Assembly (NCBI GenBank): GCA_043740295.1
Contig: JAYUCO010000025.1
Span: forward strand, 2,741-66,740
From: Pyrinomonadaceae bacterium
GTDB lineage: Bacteria > Acidobacteriota > Blastocatellia > Pyrinomonadales > Pyrinomonadaceae
Reading direction: 5' to 3'
DNA length: 64,000 nucleotides
The translations under genes were made by a program, and so were the position numbers. The stretch's first letter is position 1; the number at the start of each line of letters is the position of its first letter. Shown here in pieces: positions 56,128 through 64,000 of this stretch. The notes below the pieces were generated by a model. It was not told the DNA's origin. It ran no database searches and worked only from the letters and a program-made list of their open reading frames with translations.

Positions 56128-58656
56128 TCAGTTATCTGCGATTTTTTTAAGTAGGGCACGCTTCAATCTTTCAAGATCAAGCTGTTCGGCTGAGAAATGG
56201 TTTACAAGATCGGTGTTGCCGCTCTGTTCCGCAGCGATCAATTCCTGGCTGATCTCCATGATCCGGTTCGAAATAGCCATTGATCGCAGCGTGAAAATGC
56301 AGTTTTCAGCATCGTGCAGGACTTCATCTATCACTTCTCCGGCTTCACGCTTTGGCTCCGTCATCAACAGTAATGGCACAAAATCACCTGCGGCCTCGTC
56401 ATCGCCCACAAGTTCCATCAAATTATCGTTCGACACCATTAACTTCTTTGACTGAAGTTCGTAAAGAGCTCGAAAGATCGGAGCGGTAGCGAGAGATTCG
56501 TAATCGGTCTCTTCGAGCTGGACAAGAATTTTTTCCTGAAGTTCGGGGTCGTAAACCAATAATTCCAAAAGATGCTGCTCGGCGACGGTCATTTTTACCT
56601 GCGTCACACGTTTGACCTGCTTTTTTAATGTTTCAGTTTCGACTTTATTACCGTGCTTCACCGCATTCCATAGCTCACGCTTGAGGCCGGAATCTTCGAT
56701 GCGGAAGAAGTTCATCGCCTGATCGAAACTTTCACGTTTTTGGACCGGATTTGCAGGTATGGTCAGAACGGGCAGCACATCCTCGATCGCATCGGCTTTT
56801 TGCCGGGCAACGTTCAGGTTACGGCCCGACATTGACGCTTCTAAAACGAACTGAAGATACGGCTGCGCCTTTCCTCTGGCATCATTATAACCATCGGCCC
56901 CATTTGCCCTAATAAAATCATCGGGGTCGTTTCCATCCGGTAATACAAGAACTTTAACGTCAAAATCTTCGGCTAAAAGTGCCTCGACCGCTTTACGTGC
57001 GGCCTTTACACCAGCGTTGTCGCCATCGTAATTTATAACGATTTTTTTCGCATAACGGCCAAGAAGTTTGGATTGCTCCGCTGTAAATGCCGTGCCGAGG
57101 CTTGCCGCCGTATTGGTTATCCCAAATTGGTAAAGCGCGATCAGATCGAGATAACCTTCGACGAGAATAACGAATTTCTTTTTTCGGATCTCTTCCTTCG
57201 CCTGAAACAAACCATAAAGATGCTGGCCTTTGATATACGCAGGCGTTTCGGGTGAATTGAGATATTTGGGCTGGTCGTCACCCATTGCACGGGCGCCGAA
57301 CGCGACCGGATTGCCGCTAACATCAAGCACCGGAAACATTATCCGTCCCCGAAAACGGTCAAAAACACGGTCTTTTTCTTCATTAATGGAAACAAGGCCG
57401 CTTTGTTCAATTAGTTTTTCGCCCGCCCTCATTTCCTTGAGACGATTTAACAGCGAATCCCACGTATCTGGTGCAAACCCGATGTGAAACGCTTTTTGCG
57501 TTTCCTGGGAAATGCCGCGTGTTTCCAGATATTCGCGTGCAGCCTTAGCTTTCTTGTCTTTGGATTGCAGTTCAGCTTCCCAATAATCGAGCGCGATGCG
57601 GTTCAATTCGATCACTTCGTCAGCGATCTTTTTCTTTTCTTCCTTTTTCTTTTTGCTTTGAGCGTATTGCTGATCGTCGATCGGTTCCGGCAGCGGAACG
57701 CCGGAGATCTCAGCGACCCGTTGAATTGCCTCGGGAAAATTCAAACCTTCCATTTCCATCAAAAATGTATAAGCATTTCCGCCCTTCCCGCACCCGAAAC
57801 ATTTATAAAAACCTTTCGTCGGCGAAACCGAAAACGAAGGCGTCTTTTCCTGATGAAACGGACAGCAGCCCATCCAGTTCGAACCCTTTTTCTTCAGCGG
57901 CGCATACGGTTCAATGATCCGCACAAGGTCCGCACGGTTTTTAAGATCGTCGATGAAGTACTCAGGGATACGCGAATTACTAAATTGCTTTCGCGGGACT
58001 TGCTCCCTGGCTACGGTGCGAATAGGTTTAGCTAATATTGAGGACTGGTCAAGCCCGCTATGACCGATGCCAGCAGGTTCGACCGACTTTTCGTTCTGCA
58101 AGCCACTGTCTTCTGCGACATGGTCAATCCAATGACTGGGTGATGTTGGGAATGGTGGCAAAACCCCCACCTTTTTAGGATTATTCTGCCTAGAAAATTC
58201 GTTAGCTAGGCACGTTACGACCTTCGTCGCAAGCTCCTCTTTACTGTCCCAATAGTCACAATATTTGCTCTCCTGAACCTTCTTTCGGAAACTCGCGAGC
58301 TTAGCCTTGCCATCTTCTGACGCCTCTAACTTTTCGCCCTTGAGCTTATTTGTATTTTTATGAAGAAAGGTAAAAATTGGCTTGCTCTTAGATAAAGCGT
58401 AGTCGTACTCTCGCTCCGTAAAGCTAACCCCATCTTTATCGACAGAGCCGTATCGTCCAGCGACCACAACCACATAGAAGTCACAGTCATCGATTTCTTC
58501 AGTAACTTCATGCCACTGCGTATTATTTGAAGCGGGAATTAGTTCCATTCCGGTAGGAACACACTTCAAACGTGAGATCGCGTCATAAAGATACTTTCGT
58601 TCTTTCTTTAGATCTTCGAAAGTAGAGCTGACAAAGATGTTGTATCTAGGTTTCAT
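56128..58656 (-). CDS. dnaG: DNA primase DnaG with an N-terminal DUF4062 (TIR-like) domain fusion
   Basis: The frame is continuous. The DnaG part starts at RIPEYFIDDLKNRADLVRII (nt 57972 downward) and includes the CHC2 zinc finger CCPFHQEKTPSF...YKCFGCGKGG. The N-terminal ~165 aa carry the DUF4062 signature. The ATG is at 58656, and the frame extends to a TTG at 58680. Confidence 0.8.
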   Translation of the reverse strand: MKPRYNIFVSSTFEDLKKERKYLYDAISRLKCVPTGMELIPASNNTQWHEVTEEIDDCDFYVVVVAGRYGSVDKDGVSFTEREYDYALSKSKPIFTFLHKNTNKLKGEKLEASEDGKAKLASFRKKVQESKYCDYWDSKEELATKVVTCLANEFSRQNNPKKVGVLPPFPTSPSHWIDHVAEDSGLQNEKSVEPAGIGHSGLDQSSILAKPIRTVAREQVPRKQFSNSRIPEYFIDDLKNRADLVRIIEPYAPLKKKGSNWMGCCPFHQEKTPSFSVSPTKGFYKCFGCGKGGNAYTFLMEMEGLNFPEAIQRVAEISGVPLPEPIDDQQYAQSKKKKEEKKKIADEVIELNRIALDYWEAELQSKDKKAKAAREYLETRGISQETQKAFHIGFAPDTWDSLLNRLKEMRAGEKLIEQSGLVSINEEKDRVFDRFRGRIMFPVLDVSGNPVAFGARAMGDDQPKYLNSPETPAYIKGQHLYGLFQAKEEIRKKKFVILVEGYLDLIALYQFGITNTAASLGTAFTAEQSKLLGRYAKKIVINYDGDNAGVKAARKAVEALLAEDFDVKVLVLPDGNDPDDFIRANGADGYNDARGKAQPYLQFVLEASMSGRNLNVARQKADAIEDVLPVLTIPANPVQKRESFDQAMNFFRIEDSGLKRELWNAVKHGNKVETETLKKQVKRVTQVKMTVAEQHLLELLVYDPELQEKILVQLEETDYESLATAPIFRALYELQSKKLMVSNDNLMELVGDDEAAGDFVPLLLMTEPKREAGEVIDEVLHDAENCIFTLRSMAISNRIMEISQELIAAEQSGNTDLVNHFSAEQLDLERLKRALLKKIADN
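58186..58650 (-). other. DUF4062-like domain segment of the dnaG ORF
   Basis: IFVSSTFEDLKKERKYLYDAISRL...DDCDFYVVVVAGRYGS...SFTEREYDYALSKSKPIFTFL includes the conserved SST motif. Hand-counted 60-nt blocks here are 35-50% GC, against 47-58% in two blocks of the primase core. Confidence 0.7.
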
Positions 58657-59089
58657 GCAAAGTCGGAAGATCACCTTCAATTATAAATCTCTCGAGGAAT
58701 TCTCCGGGCGAGTAAACCGGTTTCGGGGATTTTTCGAAATCAGAAGTGTCCCGTGTCACTATTGCGTCTAAACCTGCAATTATTGCGGAAGCACATTGAA
58801 CGGCGTCTTCATAGTCCGAAAATTCGAGGTCGAACGCGTTTTGAAGTACCTGTTTATCGGTGGTAACGATCTCAAATAGCCGGACCAGTCTGCGAACTTC
58901 TTTTAGCGAATGATCTTTACCCTTCAGTTTTCGGCCGGTGTAGTAGACGTTTATGGGTGTTATGCTCGACAGGTATCCAACTAAGTCTTCGGCCGCCACA
59001 AGCAATACGATCTTCTCGGCATCGGCATGAAAGGGTTGTCTTTCGAGTACATAATCCAGGATTACGTTGGTGTCAATGAGAACACGCAT
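58646..59089 (-). CDS. PIN-domain toxin (VapC-like ribonuclease)
   Basis: MRVLIDTNVILDY provides the first acidic residue. Further acidic residues lie at FSDYEDAVQ and VTRDTSDF. The start overlaps the upstream small ORF in an ATGA arrangement. Confidence 0.75.
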   Translation of the reverse strand: MRVLIDTNVILDYVLERQPFHADAEKIVLLVAAEDLVGYLSSITPINVYYTGRKLKGKDHSLKEVRRLVRLFEIVTTDKQVLQNAFDLEFSDYEDAVQCASAIIAGLDAIVTRDTSDFEKSPKPVYSPGEFLERFIIEGDLPTLHET

Positions 59090-59364
59090 CAGCGATACTT
59101 CTCCATAATGTGTTCGTAATAGATTTCCCGGTCTTCCTCTTTAGTCATTGGCATAAAGTCTTCTTCAGGCTTAAACGTGCCGGAAAGACTTTTCGCGAGG
59201 GCTATCCGTTCCTGTTTCGTAAGCTCTCGTTGAAATTTGTTCTCTTCTGGATATCCATTCTCCACAAACGCATTAAGGTTCTGAGAAACCTTTTCAATCA
59301 ATTCACGTTGGAGCGGTATCGGCAGTTTTGAAATCTCACGAATTAATTGCTTTTGCGATATCAT
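59089..59364 (-). CDS. putative antitoxin (DUF2281-like N-terminus)
   Basis: At 91 aa, its stop overlaps the PIN start by 4 bp. LIREISKLPIPLQRELIEKV resembles DUF2281-type antitoxins; this assignment is from memory. Confidence 0.55.
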   Translation of the reverse strand: MISQKQLIREISKLPIPLQRELIEKVSQNLNAFVENGYPEENKFQRELTKQERIALAKSLSGTFKPEEDFMPMTKEEDREIYYEHIMEKYR

Positions 59365-59380
59365 TTGAATACCTCCGAAA

Positions 59381-61873
59381 TTATTGTTTCAACTCAGCTA
59401 TTGTAGCACCATGCCCGCCCTGGTCTTGGGGGGCGAAGCTGAACTTTTCGATGTGAGGGTGGCCTTTTAGGAAATGGTGAACGAAATTCTTTAACGCACC
59501 GGTGCCGAAGCCGTGAATTATGCGGACGCGGGGCAGCGACGCCAGATAGGCCTCATCGAGAAAGCGGTCGATCTCGTATTCGGCGTCGGCGGTTGTCTGG
59601 CCGATCAGATTTAGCTCGGCGTTCATATCTTCGGTGTCGAGCCGTAGATTTGCCGATTGGGATTGAGATTGCAGCTTTTCCAATTTACCTTCGACTGAAA
59701 TTTGTTCTTCTGCGACAGTTTGCAGGTCTTTGATCTTTTCACGCAGACGCATTCCGCCGACCAGGACCTCGGCGACTTCCTTGTCCATTTTCTCGACGAC
59801 GCCTATGTTGCCGAAGGATGTATAGACTCTTGAGCCAACTGCAATCGCCGTAGTTCCTAGAGACAAATCCGACAAAGTCCCTAACGGGCGTGTTTCTCCC
59901 TGCCAGATTACGCCGACTTTGGACTTTGGGTTTTTGACTTTGGACAATACCGCCCGGTTTAGTTCGGCTTTACGGGTATCGCGTTCCTTGTCGAGTTTGT
60001 TTCGCAGGGCCTTGTCCTCGATGGATTTGATAAACGCTTTGGACTGCCTTTCGAAGTCATCAATTGTTTGGGCAAGTTCGTTTTGGAATAGCTTTTGGCG
60101 TTCTTTTTCTTTCTTTATTGCTTCGATATCCAGGCTGGCGTATTTCATCGCTACTGCTTCGCGTTCTTCTTCTAAAGCAACTCGCAGGTCTTCGGCCAGT
60201 GTCGATTCGGTTTGCAGTTTTCGCAGATAATCCTCAGCTTTCTTAGCGGAGATATCCAGATTGAGGCGTGAATTATCGATAACATCGGGTAAAATCCCGA
60301 AACGTCGTGCGATCTCAATGCCAGACGAGGCACCAGCTATCCCGATCAGAAGACGGTATGTCGGCTGCAGGGTTTTCTCGTTGAATTCGACGGATGCGTT
60401 AATCACATTTTCGTCATTCGCCGCATAAATTTTAAGCCCGCGGTAATGTGTCGAAGCGATAACTTGGGCGCCGCAGCTTCGCCTGAAATGATCGACGATC
60501 GCCACTCCAAGAGCCGAACCTTCTTCGGGATCGGTGCCGGTACCGACTTCGTCAAGCAATACCAGCGAAGGAGATTGGCAATGTTCCATCATCCGGGCAA
60601 TATTCGACATGTGCGATGAAAATGTCGAAAGGTTTGCCGCCAGCGATTGATGATCGCCGATGTCTGCTAGAACAGATCTATAAAAGGGAATCTTAGCGGC
60701 GGCGGCCGGAACGGGAAGGCCGGAGAGGGCCATTAAAGAAAGCAGCCCGGCAGTTTTCATTACAACGGTTTTCCCGCCGGCATTTGCACCCGAAATTATC
60801 ATCACGCCATTGTCTTTAGTTAATTTGAAACTTACAGGTACTATTTCGTTCGATGGCAGGGAAACGCTCACTACCGGTCGTGTTTCCGCCTTCTTCACAT
60901 CCGCGTCTCGGCGTCTTGGCGGTGGAGCATCCCGCAGATTTTCTTCGAGCAATGGGTGACGGGCATCAACAAGATCGAGCGTTTCGTCCGCGGATATTTC
61001 CGGCACAATGGCATTAAACTTTTTGCCGAATTCAACTTTGGCCTTTATAAAGTCAAGTTCCGCAACCGCTTCGACCGATACTTCTATGGCGGGAAGCTGC
61101 TCACGCAATTCTTCGGTCAGTGCAAACAGGATCCTGGCGATCTCGCGTTCTTCCTTGCCTTTGAGGTTTTGTAGTTCGTTATTGGCTTCTATGGCTTCGA
61201 GCGGCTCGATGAAAACTGTCGCTCCGGATGAAGAAAAACCATGAGCAACACCACCGACCTTACCGCGAAAATCCGATTTTACAGGAATGACAAAACGTTC
61301 GTTGCGAACGGTTACGATCTCGTCCTGGATAGCATTTCCCGAATTTCGCATTACGGCTTCCAGCGACTTGGTCAAACGCCCACGCTGCGAACTTATCTCT
61401 CGTCGAATTTTTGCTAATTCCGGGGATGCAGAATCGTCAATTTCGCCGCCCGGCAGCAGTTTTTTATTGATCTTTTCAATCGCGGCAAGCAATCCCGGCG
61501 AAATATTCTCAACGATCCGCCATAACGTCGGGGCAAGATCTTTTTCAGGCTGTATCGAAGACCTTGCAAACAAAGCCTGACTGCAGACCCGTGAAACTTC
61601 GAGCAGCAGATTCGGTTCCAGGGTCGCATTTTTGATCTTCAGGATCGCGACCGCATCGCTCGGGTCCTGCAATCCGCTGAACGACCACGAAACCTGTTTT
61701 TCTTCCTTGAGTACAATAGTTTCAGAGATCGCAGCCAGATCGCGTTCGACTTCAATTTTGCTCGTTTTTGGGCGCAATATCGCAAACCGCTCTTCGCCCA
61801 TCGGCGTTTGAGCATTTCTGCTGACCAGCTCAAGCAGCTTTTCGTATTCTAATGTTTCAAGCGAAAAGTTCAT
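59381..61873 (-). CDS. mutS2: endonuclease MutS2 (MutS family ATPase with a C-terminal Smr domain)
   Basis: The Walker A motif is GANAGGKTV and the Walker B is LLDEVGTGTDP. A coiled coil is followed by a Smr domain (IGQTTADAEYEIDRFLD...IIHGFGTGALK). Confidence 0.9.
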   Translation of the reverse strand: MNFSLETLEYEKLLELVSRNAQTPMGEERFAILRPKTSKIEVERDLAAISETIVLKEEKQVSWSFSGLQDPSDAVAILKIKNATLEPNLLLEVSRVCSQALFARSSIQPEKDLAPTLWRIVENISPGLLAAIEKINKKLLPGGEIDDSASPELAKIRREISSQRGRLTKSLEAVMRNSGNAIQDEIVTVRNERFVIPVKSDFRGKVGGVAHGFSSSGATVFIEPLEAIEANNELQNLKGKEEREIARILFALTEELREQLPAIEVSVEAVAELDFIKAKVEFGKKFNAIVPEISADETLDLVDARHPLLEENLRDAPPPRRRDADVKKAETRPVVSVSLPSNEIVPVSFKLTKDNGVMIISGANAGGKTVVMKTAGLLSLMALSGLPVPAAAAKIPFYRSVLADIGDHQSLAANLSTFSSHMSNIARMMEHCQSPSLVLLDEVGTGTDPEEGSALGVAIVDHFRRSCGAQVIASTHYRGLKIYAANDENVINASVEFNEKTLQPTYRLLIGIAGASSGIEIARRFGILPDVIDNSRLNLDISAKKAEDYLRKLQTESTLAEDLRVALEEEREAVAMKYASLDIEAIKKEKERQKLFQNELAQTIDDFERQSKAFIKSIEDKALRNKLDKERDTRKAELNRAVLSKVKNPKSKVGVIWQGETRPLGTLSDLSLGTTAIAVGSRVYTSFGNIGVVEKMDKEVAEVLVGGMRLREKIKDLQTVAEEQISVEGKLEKLQSQSQSANLRLDTEDMNAELNLIGQTTADAEYEIDRFLDEAYLASLPRVRIIHGFGTGALKNFVHHFLKGHPHIEKFSFAPQDQGGHGATIAELKQ

Positions 61874-61888
61874 GTTCCAACTGGAAAA

Positions 61889-62170
61889 CTATTCCGTTAC
61901 TTCGACGCCCTTCCAGAATGCCACATAATTTTCTATATATTTTGCTTCGTCTTTGGCATCCGGATAATACCACGCAGCATCGGCATTTTTGTCTCCATTC
62001 ACGACAATATCGTAATAGTTAGCCGTGCCTTTCCAAAAGCAGACCGAGTTGGTCTGGCTCGCCTGGAAAAATTCGCCGTTGATCGAATCCGCCGGAAAAT
62101 AATGATTTCCTTCCACTACTGTCGTATTGTCGCTTTCCGCCAGAACCTGTCCATTCCATATTGCTTTCAT
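61889..62170 (-). CDS. DUF427 domain protein
   Basis: The motifs WNGQVLAESD, VEGNHYFP and CFWKGTANYYD are present. Confidence 0.7.
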   Translation of the reverse strand: MKAIWNGQVLAESDNTTVVEGNHYFPADSINGEFFQASQTNSVCFWKGTANYYDIVVNGDKNADAAWYYPDAKDEAKYIENYVAFWKGVEVTE

Positions 62171-62208
62171 AAAAACTCCTATTTTATTCGCCTTAAATAG
62201 CCTCGGTT

Positions 62209-62604
62209 TTAAGTTAAAAATCGTTGTCGGATCTCAGCCGTTGGTATCATGCACGCGTCCATTTTTCCGAATAGCCGATAGCGGTTTTTTGCAAACCATT
62301 TGTATAAAAGATCACGGATCGGACCTGGAACAATTATAAAAATATATAACCATGGCCATATACCGTCTAGTTTGCGAACGATCCGCAATGCGGCTGTCGA
62401 ATGTGTGTAAGCGCGGTCGTCTTCGATCAAAATTACGGAATCAGTTTCAGTTTCACCGGCCCCGAGCTTTAAGATCGACGCTTTACCGGTCTCTGATTGG
62501 AGCGGCGCGAACTTAAAGTATCCAGCATTATCATGTTCGATAACGAAATTCACCGAACTGTTGCAAAAATTACAAATGCCGTCAAATAAAATGACTGCTG
62601 CCAT
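62209..62604 (-). CDS. DCC-family thiol-disulfide oxidoreductase (DUF393)
   Basis: The N-terminal ILFDGICNFCN provides the DGxCxxC motif. Confidence 0.75.
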   Translation of the reverse strand: MAAVILFDGICNFCNSSVNFVIEHDNAGYFKFAPLQSETGKASILKLGAGETETDSVILIEDDRAYTHSTAALRIVRKLDGIWPWLYIFIIVPGPIRDLLYKWFAKNRYRLFGKMDACMIPTAEIRQRFLT

Positions 62605-62740
62605 AATAAAATTCTACCGCAATTCCCACATAGGTCTTAGCTTACAAAACCGATAAATTCAAAAACTCACGGAAGAAAAAAAATTACACAACGCATATCG
62701 GATAGAATGCCTTCCATTGTGCGGGTAAACTGTAATCATT

Positions 62741-63829
62741 ATGAGAGACCATATATCACAACAAAATGGGATCAACGATATGCGATGGCAGGCGGTGAGG
62801 TCTAAAAACCGCGAGTTTGACGGAGTGTTTTATTTCGCCGTTCAAACCACTGGAATATTTTGCCGGCCATCCTGCACATCAAGAAGCCCGAAGAGGGAAA
62901 ATGTTTCGTTTTTCATCTCTCCGGATGAAGCAGAAAAAGCCGGATTTCGTGCATGCTTAAGATGTAAACCAAGAAATGAATATTTTCCGGGCGCCGGAGC
63001 AGAGTTGATCATTCGGGCTTTCGAATTTATACAGGCTGATGCAATAGATATACCGACAACAGAAGAATTGAGCAGCCATTTGAATGTCAGCCCCGGCTAT
63101 TTACAAAAGACTTTTAAGGCAGTTCTCGGTCTTTCTCCAAAGGAAATATTGGACATGATAAGGATCGAGAATTTCAAACAAAAAGTGAGAGAAACAGATG
63201 TTACGACATCACTTTATGATAGTGGATTCGGTTCAAGTCGTTCGTTATACGAAAAAGCTGGTGAAACGCTCGGAATGACTCCGGCAATTTATAGAAAAGG
63301 TGGTAAAAATATGAAGATCGGTTACACAATTGTTGATTCGCCGCTTGGCAAGCTGATGGTCGCGGCCACTGAAAAAGGAATTTGTTCAATAAGTTTTGGA
63401 GATAATGAAAATTCGTTGCAGGATGAGCTGAGCAAGGAATTTTTTGCGGCAAATATTGAAAAGGATGATGCGGCCTTGAAAGGATCGGTGAATGCGATCC
63501 TCAAAAGCCTGGACGGAGAAAAAGCTATTCTGAATTTACCTTTGGATCTGCGTGCAAGTGCATTTCAGATGCGGGTCTGGGCCGAACTACGCAAAATTCC
63601 ATACGGCGAAACACGTTCGTATAGCCAGGTCGCGGAAAATCTTGGCAATCCCAAAGCGGTCCGGGCTGTTGCACGGGCCTGTGCGACAAATCCGGTCGCT
63701 TTGGCGACACCATGTCACCGTGTGATCGCAGCAAACGGCAAATTGAGCGGTTACCGCTGGGGAATTGACCGTAAACAGCAATTGTTGATGCAAGAGAAAC
63801 TAAATACTCCAATACTGGATCAGCAGTGA
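62741..63829 (+). CDS. ada: bifunctional Ada protein: methylphosphotriester-DNA methyltransferase with AraC HTH, plus O6-methylguanine-DNA methyltransferase
   Basis: The N-terminal zinc Cys4 site is CRPSC...CLRC. An AraC-type HTH follows. The C-terminus carries the PCHRV active site. Confidence 0.85.
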   Translation: MRDHISQQNGINDMRWQAVRSKNREFDGVFYFAVQTTGIFCRPSCTSRSPKRENVSFFISPDEAEKAGFRACLRCKPRNEYFPGAGAELIIRAFEFIQADAIDIPTTEELSSHLNVSPGYLQKTFKAVLGLSPKEILDMIRIENFKQKVRETDVTTSLYDSGFGSSRSLYEKAGETLGMTPAIYRKGGKNMKIGYTIVDSPLGKLMVAATEKGICSISFGDNENSLQDELSKEFFAANIEKDDAALKGSVNAILKSLDGEKAILNLPLDLRASAFQMRVWAELRKIPYGETRSYSQVAENLGNPKAVRAVARACATNPVALATPCHRVIAANGKLSGYRWGIDRKQQLLMQEKLNTPILDQQ

Positions 63830-63860
63830 CAAGGCGTTCTTTTATAACATGCTTTGCTCT

Positions 63861-64000
63861 CTAACGATCCAGCAATTTGTTCGCTTCAGCGATCGCATCG
63901 TCAAGATCTGATATTTTGCCGTCGAGCTGCATTTCATAAACAGCATTGAGGACCTTACCGAATTTCGGCGAAGGCAAAAGGCCAAGCTCGATCAAATGTC
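63861..64000 (-). CDS. 3' end of a CDS running off the window (possibly tRNA nucleotidyltransferase / poly(A) polymerase family)
   Basis: The minus strand reads ...HLIELGLLPSPKFGKVLNAVYEMQLDGKISDLDDAIAEANKLLDR*. The family guess rests only on the G..G..L......DG pattern. Confidence 0.3.
   Translation of the reverse strand, partial: HLIELGLLPSPKFGKVLNAVYEMQLDGKISDLDDAIAEANKLLDR

Overview
This is a 64-kb chromosomal segment from a Gram-negative bacterium, since lptD, lpxD, rfaF and gmhB are all present. Hand-counted 60-nt blocks give roughly 45-55% GC. The gene content resembles Acidobacteriota, but I cannot verify that here. I support about 52 protein-coding genes and found no rRNA, tRNA or CRISPR array. 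All functional calls rest on motifs I read in the supplied translations; no homology search was run.

Most of the window is housekeeping:
- Envelope: lptD, a PBP1A-type penicillin-binding protein, an epimerase with rfaF and gmhB, and lpxD.
- Replication and repair: priA, mutS2, dnaG, rpoD and ada.
- Metabolism: a methylmalonyl-CoA mutase catalytic subunit, a NifS-like desulfurase, msrB and three tandem amidohydrolases.
- Signalling: two sigma-54 activators, two histidine kinases and a GGDEF-EAL protein.
- A pilS-pilR-pilA type IV pilin locus.

The parts worth a second look are:
1. nt 2-9670 is a same-strand cluster encoding a tail-anchored vWA protein, a 725-aa protein built from a duplicated unknown module, and three hydrolases with no visible export signal (papain-like, phospholipase-C-family, subtilase). 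Small membrane or TPR proteins are interleaved. The cluster ends at a diverged, still-open ghost copy of the lptD 3' end.
2. The dnaG reading frame carries an N-terminal DUF4062 (TIR-like) domain fused to the primase. It sits directly behind a PIN toxin-antitoxin pair wedged between mutS2 and dnaG.
3. A small secreted protein is built from five 24-bp repeats (GVITAGFA) whose nucleotide differences are all synonymous on the minus strand.
4. A REP-associated tyrosine transposase with its own REPINs lies between pilA and an O-antigen-ligase-like gene.
5. Smaller items: a frameshifted TM-TPR gene, a four-hairpin intergenic element, a metzincin with no signal peptide, and two amidohydrolase paralogs lacking the HxH metal motif.
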